Assembly: GCF_006345805.1 (NCBI RefSeq)
Contig: NC_043000.1
Span: forward strand, 41,602,001-41,666,000
Length of the DNA: 64,000 bases
Direction of reading: 5' to 3'
DNA from: Octopus sinensis
Taxonomy: Eukaryota
The notes beneath the pieces were generated by a model. It was not told the origin of the DNA. It ran no database searches and saw only the letters and a program-made list of their open reading frames with translations. Position 1 is the stretch's first letter; each line of letters opens with the position of its first letter. Below, one piece after another: positions 12,741 to 25,253 of the stretch. A program made the translations under genes and the position numbers.

Positions 12741-13070
12741 CCAGCGTGGCTCAGGTAGCTAGTGTGTTCGGCTCACAATATTAAGTTTGTCAGTTCAATC
12801 CCCAATGACGTGTTGTGTTCATGAGCAAAACATTTTATTTCACGTTGCTCCAGACCACTCAGCTCGCAAAAATGAATTGTACTTAATATTTCAAAGGGCC
12901 AGCCTTGTCGCATTCTGTGTCAAGCTGCATCACCCCAAGAACTGCATTAAGGGTACATGTGTCTGTGGAGTGCTCATCCACTTGTACGCTAATTTCGCGA
13001 GCAGTCTGTTTCGTTGATCGTATCCGCTGGAACACTCGTCATCGCAAGCGACGGAAAGCCAGGCTGTTTA
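12741..13070 (+). mobile_element. SINE, family C-related
   Basis: tRNA-like head plus AAAGGGCCAGCCTTGTC..AAGGGTACATGTGTCTGTGGAGTGCTC body shared with 32020-32100 and 24290-24590. Confidence 0.75.
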
Positions 13071-13960
13071 CAGCAAGACATCCCTATACAATCTATTCTG
13101 CCTTCTATTTTATTTCTGAGCATTTTCTAAAAACACATTTAAAACCATCAGCCGATAATATCCACCCGTCTAAGCTATCTACAAAAACGCCAAAAAAGCC
13201 CTTTGCCTTTGTGATATTGCTTGTTATTTGCATTGCTTGCGGAGAGGGTGGCTTGCACTATAGGGAGTAGTAAGGGAAATAGTGTTACTGTTGTTCATAC
13301 TGTACTGGTAATAGTAATGGCTATAGTTGTGACGGCGGTTGTCCTTATAGTGAGTGTAGTAGATGTTGTTGTTGTGGTGGTGGTGGTGGAGGTAGGTTTG
13401 GTGGTGTGGTGGTATGGTGGTGGCGGTGGTGGTGGTGGTGGTTATGGTGGTGGTGGTGGTGATGGTGGTGATAGGGGTGCCAGGAATAGTGGCGATATGC
13501 TAGTACTTATGAGAATCAACAAGGATAAGTTACACTCAGTAAAGTACGACGCAATCGATAAATGAGAGATAGAGGCAGTATTTTTCTATTATTTGTTTTT
13601 CAAGTAGACCACTCTCCTGCTGCTACTGCTGTTAGATAAGACTACCTTGTGGGTCAGACGTCGTGTATAAGCTCAATGTAGGCTGGAGAGGTTTAGCGAG
13701 TAATCCTGTAGGCAGATAAATTGGTGAGCGTAGTAATGTAAACGTAAATACAGCTTATATACATGTATGTATGTGTATTTCGATCTATCTATCTATTTAC
13801 CTATCTATCTATGGTTGTCTGTCTGTCTCTCTTCCTCTCTATACATACATACATACATACATACATACATACATACAACATACATACATACATACATACA
13901 TATATTTCTCTCCTTTTCTCTCTTATATTTTTTTCTCTCCTTGTTTTTTTTCTGTGTATC

Positions 13961-13997
13961 TTTCTGTCGAAGAGCGTAGGCGCGAAACGTAAAATAC
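13961..13997 (+). ncRNA. Minimal hammerhead-like motif, A6U core, in a PLE-like repeat (13940-14095)
   Basis: TTT-CTGTCGA-A-GAGC-GTAG-GCGC-GAAA-CG-TA-AAA. Confidence 0.5.
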
Positions 13998-15030
13998 TTT
14001 TTCTATTTCTATTCCTGAGCGCTGTACTAATACATTTGTTTGTTTGTACTCCACCTGCCTTCGTCTTTTGTTTATTTTCGTAAACCTTCCCGTTATATAT
14101 ATTTATATATATGCTGAAGTATTGGTGTAACCATGATTTTCTGAACATCTGAAGTGCTAGCCTTCTATAACTGCATTGATTTGTAATTGTACACTTACAC
14201 TGTGCAATGTGTAGCATGCATATTGGTGCAGACATGAAAAGTAATTTATTATACACTGAAATTATTATTACATGATGAAGGCTGCGAAGCGGCTGTAATA
14301 CTACGGATATCAAGTGGTTAAATAAATATATTTACCTATAAAACCTCCTAACTTTTTGTGGTGGATAAACATTTTATGAAATAATTTCAGCGATTAGATC
14401 ACTTAAATTTCAGCTGCATAGAACTCTACACTGAACTCTTCCGTATTGGATTATTATGTGGAAGCAATTTTTGATAGCCGGAGTCCACTAGAGTAGCCTT
14501 CTGTGATTGCCACAGGATCTATATTACTCTACAAATTTATAACTGTATGATTATATCTATGTATGTATAGATGTCAAGTTATTCATAGTACTACTAGTAA
14601 TATTTAACTCAATACAACTTGTTTCATGTTTGGGCCACCGGTGATCAAACCAGCAATCTTACCAGATTCGCTTGTTAAAGAGAGTAATTTTCGTTGGACA
14701 CCCGACAGGGCAAGAACAAAGCCTATCAAAGGGTGGGTGAACTCAGTAAAGTTAGCGGCCATCCAGCATCTGGGAGTGAGAAACCCCTAGATTTTGTTTC
14801 GATATTTTTCTAGGATAAAGAAACCTCTGACGCAACACCTGCGACTTCGTTTGCATCCAACAATGTTGATTAGTTCTTCTGTTTGAGCAAATGGATACGT
14901 TGTTTGGAGAGTAAGATGGGTTCAGTGCAATCCCTTTCTTCATTATAAAAAGCTGCAGACACAGGTATCGTTTGACTTTTAACATCTCTATTATGTATTG
15001 CAATACAATGGCTAACCGTAGCCCACTCCC

Positions 15031-15065
<35 letters not shown>

Positions 15066-15844
15066 TATATATATAATATATATATATATACAGCCACCAT
15101 AAACCATAAAATCCATGAACAAATCTACGTTTATCGCAGCTAGAATCTCAATGAAGGACAATAGCGAAACTATAAGAATACCATATATACATGATTCATA
15201 ACGAAAAGCATATACAAATGAATTAATAAACATCAGAAACGTCATATCCCCCATATTCAGCTGCCTAACGGATACCATTATGATTTCGAGCCCTGGGCAG
15301 TACCATTCAATATGGTGGTGATAGCAACTTAAAAAGAATAAACGCTGCCTAGTTATAGGGTACATGTAGCAGTATCCAAACATAAGTTGGATGTGTTCAT
15401 TAAGTCGATGCTTGCTTAAAGTTTACGAAGCACAAATATAAATACTAAATTTCCACCATAAATCGTCAGAAAAATGCTACTAAAGTATAGAAAATAAAGG
15501 AAATGAAAAGAAAATATAGAATATAAAACTGTAGGACATTAAACCAAAGTAAACATGCCAAATCAGAAGTTATTATCTTATAATTCTGCTTGTTTGTCCG
15601 TTACTTAGCCCGTCTGTAACGTTTCCACGTGATTAGTTGAAGGAGGAGGGGAGGGGAATGGAAAGAAGAGAGGGGGAGATGAGGAAAAGGAGGTGAGGGG
15701 AGAGAGAGAGGTGGTGGTGAGTGAAACGTATAATTGTTTTTTTTTTAAAGTAAGTTTTTTTTCGTCTGTTACTTAGTTGAAGGGAAAGGTGATGAGCGAA
15801 AGAAAAGGACAGAAAAAGAGGCTAAGGCAAAGAGTGACAGAGTA

Positions 15845-16049
15845 ACAGGCGTGGTTGTGTGGTTAACAAGCTCACTTTGCAATAATGGGATTTCTGGTTC
15901 AACTTCACTGCGCGACAACTTGGATAAGTGTCTTCTGCTATAGCACTGCGTCGACTAAACCCTTCTGAGTGGCTTTTACGAACAGAAACTGAAAGAAACC
16001 CATTGTATATTTCTGTGTGTATGTGTGTATGTGTGTGTGTGTGTGTGTG

Positions 16050-16084
<35 letters not shown>

Positions 16085-16290
16085 CGCGTGTGTGTGTGTG
16101 TGTGTGTGTGTGTCATTCTGTCAATACCCCACCACTGCTTGATAAGAGGTGTCGGTTTGTTTACGTCTCCGTAACTTAGCAGTTCTACAAAAGAGACCGA
16201 GTGAGTCAATACCAGGTTTGTGAGAAAGATTTCTTCGACTGAATTCTTCAGTGTAGTGCATCCAGCATGAACTCAGTCCAGTGTCTGCAA
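15845..16290 (+). mobile_element. SINE family B with expanded internal (GT)n
   Basis: Head, core and tail homologous to 7420-7780. Confidence 0.8.
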
Positions 16291-16296
16291 CACATA

Positions 16297-17619
16297 CAGG
16301 GTGGGGCAGGGAGGACGGACGTTTTTGAAAAATTCACAAAATCATTAATTATAGATGCAGACAAATTTACTGACATCAATGTGTCCGTATTGAATTTGCA
16401 TTTGTCAAAATTAACCCTGGAAAACAATATCCATCATGTGGTATCCGTTTTTCTTGATGCATTTCTGAAGGCCTTCTTGGAAGTTGGCCTCCACTTTCTC
16501 CAGAATTGCTCAGTCGATTTGTTCGACTTCCACGCGAATAGCCTCCTTCAAATCGTCCAATGTACGGGGTTTATGCGCATACACACGTGGATTGAAGTTT
16601 CCCCACAAGAAATAATCATACACGGACAAATCAGGGGACCGAGTGGGGGTGAGGCCAAGATATATCAGTCAGCACACCAGGAAATGAGACAGTCACCGAA
16701 GAGAAGACGAAGAACGTTCATTGATGCTCTGGATGTGTGGGCCGTCGCCCCATCCTGCTGAAACCACACACGTCGAATAGACCTACGTTTTCGCCGTACT
16801 TCAAGCACGAAGTTGTTTATCATCTCGATGTAACGCTCGGAGTTCACAGTAACAACATCTTCATTATTGTCTTCAAGAAAAGTAAGGACCAATGACGGCA
16901 GCTTTTCCAACAGTACATCAGACCTTCAAATCTGGGCTGTGCAGTGGTCTTTCGTACAGTTCTCTCGGACTTTCAAGAGCCCAATAACGACAGTTCAGTT
17001 GATTCACCATCCCATTGTGATGAAAATGAGATTTATCACTCAATAACAAAATGAGTTTGTCATTTGCCACAAAAATTGCTTCCATCTGACGTGCGAAACC
17101 GCTGTGCATAGTCCCATGGTTTCAACTGCTGCCCAATGACCGATTTGTACGGGTGGAAATGTAGGCCTTCATGCAAAATATACCTTACCGATCGATTATC
17201 GATGCCAAGTTCAGTGGGATGCCACCGAGCAAAACGATTCAGACTCTGTGTCAAAACTTGTCTGATGCGTTTCACATTTTCCGGAGTCTGTAGCGTTTGT
17301 GGTGCTCTCACCGGTCTTCTATTCATTAGTGTAACTCGTGTACGAAGTACATTCAGCCAAAGTAAGATTGTGTTATGGGTGGGAACAGCCTGATTTCGGT
17401 GAATGTTAAAGTGGCGCCGAAACTCATGATGAGCTGCTGTGACAGACTCGTTATTCTTCACGTAATTGTCGTAGGCAAACACGCGTCATGGCGTCATCTG
17501 AAAAGAAAAAAAAATGCTAAGACACTACGGACGGAATGGTACCTGTCAGACATATGTCCCTCCCACTGGGGCTGAGTAATAGCCATTTCAAAAACGTCCG
17601 TCCTCTCTACCCCACCCTG
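16297..17619 (-). mobile_element. Full-length Tc1/mariner, DD41D (rosa-type), with transposase pseudogene
   Basis: TIRs CAGGGTGGGGcAGgGAGGACGGACGTTTTTGAAA at both ends with TA duplications (16295-96, 17620-21). Frameshifted transposase: N-terminal ESVTAAHHEFRRHF, SDKSHF, WFQQDGATAH ... PDLSVYDYFLWG, with about 41 residues between the second and third D. Confidence 0.9.
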
Positions 17620-17688
17620 TATAAGATAAAAGATATAGAAACACATAGACACAACGTGCTCACAAGCATACGTACCCCACCCCCACGC

Positions 17689-17735
<47 letters not shown>

Positions 17736-17819
17736 AGTATGTATGTAGGGAACATACAAGAGTTTATCTAAGTTTTCCTCTGTGTATATGCGCGCATGTG
17801 TGTGTCCTCTTCTGCTTGA

Positions 17820-17985
17820 CAACTATTGTAGTTTCTCTAAGTGAGTCTGTGACTTAGCGGATCGAATAAAGAGAGCGAGAGAATAGGCACCAGGAGATGT
17901 GTGGCCAGAGCACTATCTCGCGGGTGGTACTCTGGTCGCAATCCGACAAATGAAACGAGTAAAAGAATAATAAAAAGAAGCACTG
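17820..17985 (+). mobile_element. SINE family B, 3' half
   Basis: GCTTGACAAC..GACTTAGCGG..GAATAGGCACCAGG tail. Confidence 0.65.
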
Positions 17986-18049
17986 AGATGGGAGACTTAT
18001 ATTCTCAAGAAGCACATAAATGGTACCGAGGATATAAAGAATGCTTACA

Positions 18050-18420
18050 AAGGGTAAACAGGTAAACAAGTAAACAGCTCAGTAACTAGCGGTAAGATAC
18101 CGTTTCAGGTCAGTGCTTTAGTGCTCCACCAGCACGTGTCGAAGGCACGAGCTGGTTGCCATGCCGCGACAAGTCACACAGACAGTCAACCAGCCACCCA
18201 ACTTACCAACCAGCCAAGTAGCGAACCAGACAAGACAGAAACGACAAGAGAGTGAACGAAGAGGTAAAAACACTTGAATACCTGTCTGTCTATCTTACCT
18301 GTTGCTATACAGACGTAAATTTATGCCGACAAAACTTATGGGTAAACAAGGCGTTTTTTATTTTTATTTCATTGGAGAATGTGCAACTGTATGTGACGGC
18401 TTGACGGCTTCTCTTTCTTT
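18050..18420. promoter_or_regulatory. Candidate promoter or enhancer island
   Basis: Non-repetitive, CpG-richer segment with three tandem GTAAACA forkhead sites (18054, 18062, 18070), E-box CACGTG (18133), RFX half-site GTTGCCATG (18155) and a strong minus-strand donor CAG|GTAAGA (exon end 18299). Confidence 0.3.
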
Positions 18421-18769
18421 CCCCACTCTATTTTCTCTTTCTCTCTCTCTTCATACTCCGACACACTCTTTCTCGTTTTCTCTCTACTTCTCCCCTCTTA
18501 CACACACACTCACACACACACACACGCGCTCAAACGAATGCACACGTACGCACCTATATATAATTATGAACTAGAGAAGTCTTTCATATTTTTCTCCCGC
18601 TCTACTTACATATTAAACTTTTCAGAATACACATCCTTCCTTGACTAAAAGCCCGTATTTTCACGATTGTTCCTTTTAAATTTAACAACATAATCAATTA
18701 TGCCAGCAATTTTAGCTACAAATGTGGATTTATAATCTGGTAATTCAAGAAATAATCCATAAATAATAT

Positions 18770-19080
18770 GTCATTATTCAATTTTATTTCAAGAGTTCTT
18801 ATCGATAGAGAAAAATCCAATTTCTTATCTAGATCCAAAGCTCCTACATTGGAATTTCAACAACAGCTGGGTGTTTTTGCTTGTATGTAAATATATGTGC
18901 AATATTTGAAGTGAATGCTTATGCAGATTTGTATGTTTTGTTTTATGTATGTATTCTCATGCATATATACTGCAATGGCAAACTTCTGGAAAGTTTTATA
19001 TATCTTTACAGTTCCGGTGATCTTAATCTACGAATCAGCTTTCTCCTTTCTGGTTTTGAGAAACCTAATTTTTTGAAGGT
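18770..19080 (+). mobile_element. Unclassified interspersed repeat family E
   Basis: CTAGATCCAA.GCTCCT.CATTGGAATTT.AAC segment recurs inverted at 34790-35110 and partially at 44825-44940. Confidence 0.7.
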
Positions 19081-19222
19081 TGGTGCATAGGCAGATTGTT
19101 ATATATACCTGTGCCCCATTAATTACAACTATAAACCTGACCAGTGTGTATACTGGCATGTATGTATACATGCATGTATGTGTGCATGTTTGTCTCTATA
19201 TGTTAATATATATGCCTATATT

Positions 19223-19620
19223 AAGGCGACGAGCTGGCAGAATCGTTAGTACGCAGGACAAAATGTTTAGCGACATTTGGTCCGTATCTATGTTCCGAGT
19301 TCAACCTTTCGGGGTTAATAAAATAAGTACCAGTTCAAAACTGGGGTCTGTGTAATTGACTAATCCCCTCTGCCCGAAATTTCTGGCCCTGTGTCACAAT
19401 TTGAAATCAGTATATATGTCTATATTAGGTCGGCAAGCTGGCGAAGTTGTTAGCACGCCAGGCAAAATTCTGAGCGGCCTTTCGGCCGTCTTATACTTTC
19501 TGAGTTCAAATTGCGCCGAAGTCGATCTCGCCTTTCATTCTTTCGGAGTCGATAAAATAAGTACCAGTTAAATTAAGAGGTCGATGTAATCGATTTATCA
19601 CTTCCCCAGAAATTTGCAGA
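19223..19620 (+). mobile_element. Two tandem SINE family A copies
   Basis: Heads at 19223 and 19427, each followed by the central domain. Confidence 0.8.
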
Positions 19621-19853
19621 AATTCAGATTTTAACCGTAGTTTAAGGTTAGCATATTGAATTAAAGAAATGGCTTGCATAATTCCACTATTCTGGTTCTA
19701 GATCGTAACTAATCACAGTATAACGTCTTTGGCAGAAACATAACATCGATATTTTTGCTTGCATTTGGGGTATGCAAATGCTTCACAGTGTTTTTTGTTA
19801 AGTAGTTATTGTTTAGCTATCTCCCACTCTTAGATTGCATAATCTTAACTTAC

Positions 19854-19904
19854 CTGAAATTTACGATAATTATTTCCATATATAACCTATTTCTTTCAGC
19901 AATT
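19854..19904 (-). other. Candidate 51-nt exon
   Basis: Acceptor TTCTTTTACATTTTTTTATAG and donor CAG|GTAAGT; one open frame (IAERNRLYMEIIIVNF). Confidence 0.3.
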
Positions 19905-20589
19905 CTATAAAAAAATGTAAAAGAACGTGAGCAGGAACTGAAGACTTCTTGGCAACTATTGTAGGTACCAGGGTATTTTCAGGATATTTTCCATAACTGC
20001 AAATTGATAGACACAGCTGTATATTAGGGAGCAGTAATTCACAATCCTTCATAATTTTAAAATTCATTGTAAATTTCAGATCTGCCACGATACAGACTTC
20101 AGATAACCAAAACAATCCCCAATAATGACCCGTCGTCATTCAGATTAGCTGCACTAGTACAATAACACAAACCAAATGTTTAAGCGGTTTCGTCTACAGG
20201 TAATCGAAACTACTAACTTCCCAAGCTACTGCAAAAGAGAGGATTCTATTACACTCAGAATTCCATTCATACAAAGAGACGAGCACTTTCGATTTTAAAA
20301 TGTTGGCTTCCAGATAATCTAAGTTTCATGATGTGGATCAATAAATCCTAAGTACGATCTTTGATAGTTGCTGAACTGGATCTTCAAGGATGCTGGTTTG
20401 CTAATGGCTAATTTTGTATAAGATGATCAAAAGTTGGAATACCGCATAATCTTTTTACTTATGTAGGTAAAATGGAAAACGCGACAATGTTCAAACTTCT
20501 CAAGGCTATGACAGATACAGTCTTTATATCATATAAGTTTATATAACTTCTCATGGCTATGACAGATACAGTCTTTATATCATATAAGT

Positions 20590-20727
20590 CGACTTTGCCT
20601 TTCATCCTTTCGGGGTCGATAAATAAAGTACCAGTTTCGCACTGGGGTCGATGTAATCGACTTAATCTTTCTGTCTGTCCTTGTTTGTCCCCTCTATGTT
20701 TAGCCCCCTGTGGGCAATAAAGAAATA
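20590..20727 (+). mobile_element. 5'-truncated SINE A with 14-bp TSD
   Basis: TATATCATATAAGT at 20576-20589 and 20728-20741. Confidence 0.85.
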
Positions 20728-20999
20728 TATATCATATAAGTTAAAGCTCATCATAACTAGCAATATCATTTCTTTATATATTGCTGATTTTATATTTGGA
20801 TGCGTAGGTTTCCTTTAGCCACTCCAGTTTCCGATCATTAAAAGAATGATTATATTTGCATGAGTGGTTTATATCCAGACACTCCGGTTTTCTACAGTTT
20901 TTGTAAATTATTTTAAGAATTAAATATTAAAGATAAATGATAACATACTTACTTTATTATTACTTTACGCACGTACTTGTTCACACACGCGAGCTAAGA

Positions 21000-21870
21000 T
21001 TGCCAGGTTTTGTCAAAAGTTTTTTTTTTTGTATTTCAAACTTTAATAATTTAAATAAATTACACGCGAAAATCGTTTATGCACCAAAATATATCACAAC
21101 GTATTCTATTATTTGTTGCCATCGTTGTAGCAAAAGCTCAATTCCATGCTTAAACCATATGGCTGGTTTAGAGACGAAAAACTTTTTCTGATGTTGTAAT
21201 CCGATTGTGCAAGGTCTGGGCTGTAGGCAAGGGTAAAGGAGCACTTCCAGGCCTTCGAGTCCTTCAAGCTTGCACTTGGTTGCATTGGCAGTTTCCGTTC
21301 GGATATCGTTATACTGTAGGAGTGTGTGCATATTCTATTGACTAATGCTGGGTAGCGGGCTTTCAAAGAATACTCACTGCAATTGTTGAGCACATAGGTT
21401 ATAATTTGGCGCCAAAAAACGGGCATCTCGAGTTGCTTACAATGTTCACACACCGTCGAGCCTGGTCATTAGTCAGTTCATGTGGAACTTCTCGACAGCG
21501 TCTGTTCAGAAGGCCGAGCCAATGGAGGTGTCGACTGATGGTGCTTTCTGAAGGACGAGTGCTTGTGCATGGCTGTTCAACCATTTTGAGTAAGGCTTCA
21601 TCTTCTACAACAGAAGTTTTCACTGACTGTGATTTGTCTTCGAGGCTGGTGTCACCTCCTTTGAAACGCCTGAAATAGTTTTGTGTCACACGCTCATTGA
21701 TAGTTTCTGGGCCTTCCACAGTAAATTTCTTTTGCAACTGTCATTGCATTCAGTCCTTTTCATCACAGGTAAAGTAAAATGATTCTAATTACATTTTTCA
21801 ACACTCATTATAAAAACTGTAAATTAGAGAATAAACAATTAATGTTTAGTTGCCAAAAACTTATCAGTGA
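21000..21870 (-). mobile_element. Degenerate mariner (DD34D, Mos1-like), internally deleted
   Basis: ETINERVTQNYFRRFKGGDTSLED, EVPHELT and AYSPDLAQSDY motifs; TIRs eroded. Confidence 0.85.
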
Positions 21871-22884
21871 ATATGCAAAAATACGTTTGACTATAAATGC
21901 ACCGCTATTCAACTAGGTACCTCCATGCAAGTCAACCCACATACATCCTGCTACAGCACACACATACATCAAATTATCTCACACAACACATACACGCACA
22001 CACACACGCACACACACACACACACATACACACACGCACTTATCCTTATATACATACGCACAAACACAGAGTACACACATACACATATCAGCTTCATGCA
22101 CACACACACTTTATCATACAGCCCACATACGTACACCAACTGAAAACAAATTCGCTCACATACGTACACACACATAAGCACTCACAATATTCACGCATAA
22201 ACACACATAATACACACTTACACAGTAGTGTCACACACACACACACACGTACGTACACATTTGATAGACTCACACATACGTTAGACAGCCTCATACACTT
22301 ACACACTTGCACACACGTACACGCACACGCACATGCATACACACATAAATATACGAAATACAAATGCACGTAACGCTACGAACTCATAAATACGTATTTG
22401 TTCACACACACACACACACGTGCATTTCTATAAATACACATACACACACTCACATAATATTCATACTCACAGACATGCTTACCCACTCACACATACAAAA
22501 AGGCTCGCCCTTAAACACATATACACACGCAGGCACTTTGCTCACACACGCTAACATGCTTACGCACACACTTTTGTCAGTTCACCGTTGTCTCTCTTGC
22601 CACCCCATGTCTCTAACGAGTATGTGTGTTTGTTTGTGTGTGTGAGTATGAAGTTATGTGTATGTGTGTACTCTTTTATTTGTGCGTATGTATATATGGA
22701 TAAGTACGTGTGTGCGTGTGCGCGTATGTGTGTGTGTGAGGCAATTTGATGTATGTGTGAGCCGTAGTGGGTTGACCTGCAAGGAGGTGCCCGGTCACTT
22801 CATCACCTGCAACCGTTAATCAGACACATTTTTACTATCTCTCTCAGTTTACTTTCCTCTTACCGTTGCTTTCTTTCCTCATTA

Positions 22885-22920
22885 CTTTCTGTAGAAGAGC
22901 GTAGGCTCGAAATGTCAAAG
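22885..22920 (+). ncRNA. Minimal hammerhead-like motif, A6U core
   Basis: CTTT-CTGTAGA-A-GAGC-GTAG-GCTC-GAAA-TG-TC-AAAG. Perfect 4-bp stems I and II and a GUC triplet. Confidence 0.6.
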
Positions 22921-23141
22921 ACTTTTCCATATTTTCTGACCGTCAGTCTAATACACCCTGTTTATGTTCCCCCACTTGTCTTGTTCTTTGACTCTTTTAT
23001 CATTCTGTATGCATGCATGTATGTATGTATGTATGTATGTATGCATACATGTATGTAAGTATGTATGCATGTAGGTATGCATACATGTATGTAAGTATGT
23101 ATGTATGCAGGTATGCATACATATATGTAGATATATATATA

Positions 23142-23191
<50 letters not shown>

Positions 23192-23574
23192 GTACATATA
23201 TATACATAAACATGTATATATGTACACACATACACACATGTACACACACATACACACACATGCACACGCTCACACACACACACTTATACACGCACGCACA
23301 CTGATACACAGACATACACACGCACACACACATGCCGCACATATTCCTACTGCTTTTAGAATGGACACGATTTTGTCGTCCGGGCCTCTTTAAACAGACA
23401 AGAAGACGAATCAGTCACAGTTACAATATCCTTGGTCATAGGACAGCTCGATGAAGATTGACCAGTGGTTAAACAACAACAATGACTAGAACAAAAATTA
23501 TAAGGAGCCTCTACATCGTCGTCGTACCTCACAGAAATAGCAGCCAAATCATTTTCAAATATACCACATATAAT

Positions 23575-23685
23575 AATAGACGATACAAAGAAAAATAATA
23601 GACGATACAAAGAAAACAAAGACGTGTCATTCGAAGTTTTCTTTCATCAGTCGAGTACCAGATTATCTTCGCAATTTCGGCTGTT

Positions 23686-23690
<5 letters not shown>
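23575..23690 (-). mobile_element. PLE-like terminal fragment, family shared with 43695-43825
   Basis: GCCGAAATTGC.AA.ATAATCTGG...CGACTGA.GAAAGAAAACT.CGA.TGAC.CGTC.TTGTTTTCTTTG on the minus strand of both copies; includes a 22-bp tandem duplication. Confidence 0.5.
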
Positions 23691-23734
<44 letters not shown>

Positions 23735-23763
23735 CAGAAAGATAGACAGACAGACAGACAGAC

Positions 23764-23822
<59 letters not shown>

Positions 23823-23847
23823 AAGATAGACAGACAGACAGACAGAC

Positions 23848-23927
<80 letters not shown>
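23686..23927. repeat. Compound (GATA)n/(GACA)n microsatellite
   Basis: Direct inspection; the GAAAGATAGACAGACAG block occurs twice. Confidence 0.95.
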
Positions 23928-23928
<1 letters not shown>

Positions 23929-24289
23929 TTACATGCGTGCATGTGTGTTTGTATGTGCTCGTGTGTAAGTACGTGACTGGATATGTATGTTTGTGTGTGC
24001 GTATGTGCCAAACCAATCTCTTTAGTATAATGAAACTTTTATGGACGAAAGCAAAGATCAAACTTTTAAGTATCCGGCTGTCAAAATGGAAGATGAATAT
24101 GAAAAGGATCGCTGTGCCAGGTGCAGTTGGATCAACAAGGCATCTGAGGCGATGGCAATCGTCCATCGAAACATCAAAAAAAAACTCTGTATATGTGTGT
24201 GAGTGTGTGTGTGAGTGTGTGTGTGTGAGTGTGTGTGTGTGTGTGTTTGTGTGTGTGTGAACAATTGTTTTTACAAATGTGATATATAA

Positions 24290-24590
24290 AGGATCAGTCC
24301 GTCGGTTACGACGACAAGGGTCCCAGCTGATACGATCAACGAAACAGCCTGCTCGTGAAATGAACGTGCAAGTGGCCGAGCACTCCACAATCACATGTAC
24401 CTATAACGTAGTTCTCAGGGAGATTCAGCGCGACACAGAGTGTGACAGGGCTGGCCCTTTGAAATACAGGTACTCCTCATTTTTGCCAGCTGAGTGAACT
24501 GGAGCAACGTGAAATAAAGTGTCTTGCTCAAGGATACAACGCGTCGCTGGGAATTGAACTCAGGACCTTGCGATTGTGAGCAAAATATAC
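24290..24590 (-). mobile_element. SINE, family C-related
   Basis: Reverse complement of the body at 12741-13070. Confidence 0.8.
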
Positions 24591-25140
24591 TCTATATATT
24601 TTATAATATTATATATATATATACACGCACATACAGATACGCATATATATGTATATATATAGACATATTTATATGTATATATATATATATATATGAACAC
24701 AGACACATACATACATACATCTAAATACTAGCAAACGTTCTCTACCAATTCATTTTCTTTCCGTCAACAGAATCCCAAATTTCAAACAAAGACACGTGAG
24801 TTGTCCTGAACCCACCTCACCCACTTCTTAACTTTCTGAGTGTTGCGTGCGGCAACGGTATTGTGTTTAATTCTAATGGCTGTATTTGTTGTTAATTCTT
24901 CCTTCGTTGTATTTTCTGTCAAGATGCCTTCAGTCAACAGACCACTTTGACAGCCGTTCTGAAGTTGGTGGTGATGGCACAGTGATGGTATCTACAATGG
25001 AATTATTGAGATAGCTTATCCAGCCATCTTAGTGATGTTGTTGTTGTTGCTGTTGTTGTTGTCGACTACTTTCTATGTAAATCCCTTTTGTCCCTAGTCT
25101 TTGTATTGCTCTAAATGTTTACCCAGCCCTTGTGGCCAAT

Positions 25141-25156
25141 ATTATCGTTATCATCA

Positions 25157-25244
<88 letters not shown>

Positions 25245-25250
25245 GATTAT
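25141..25250. repeat. (ATT)n microsatellite
   Basis: Direct inspection. Confidence 0.95.
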
Positions 25251-25253
25251 TGC

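Noticed and set aside
13221-13565. Glycine- and valine-rich ORF
   Set aside because: It derives from (GGT)n/(GTT)n low-complexity sequence.
14752-15100. Minus-strand peptide with DAGWPL, faintly cadherin-like
   Set aside because: In-frame stops and no other cadherin motifs.
15012-15383. Hydrophobic ORF with INSFVYAFR, resembling a GPCR TM7
   Set aside because: It lacks the NPxxY proline and other GPCR motifs, runs into (TA)n, and its hydrophobicity follows from T-rich composition.
15440-15475. CTGACGA...GAAA on the minus strand
   Set aside because: No stem I or stem II pairing; likely chance.
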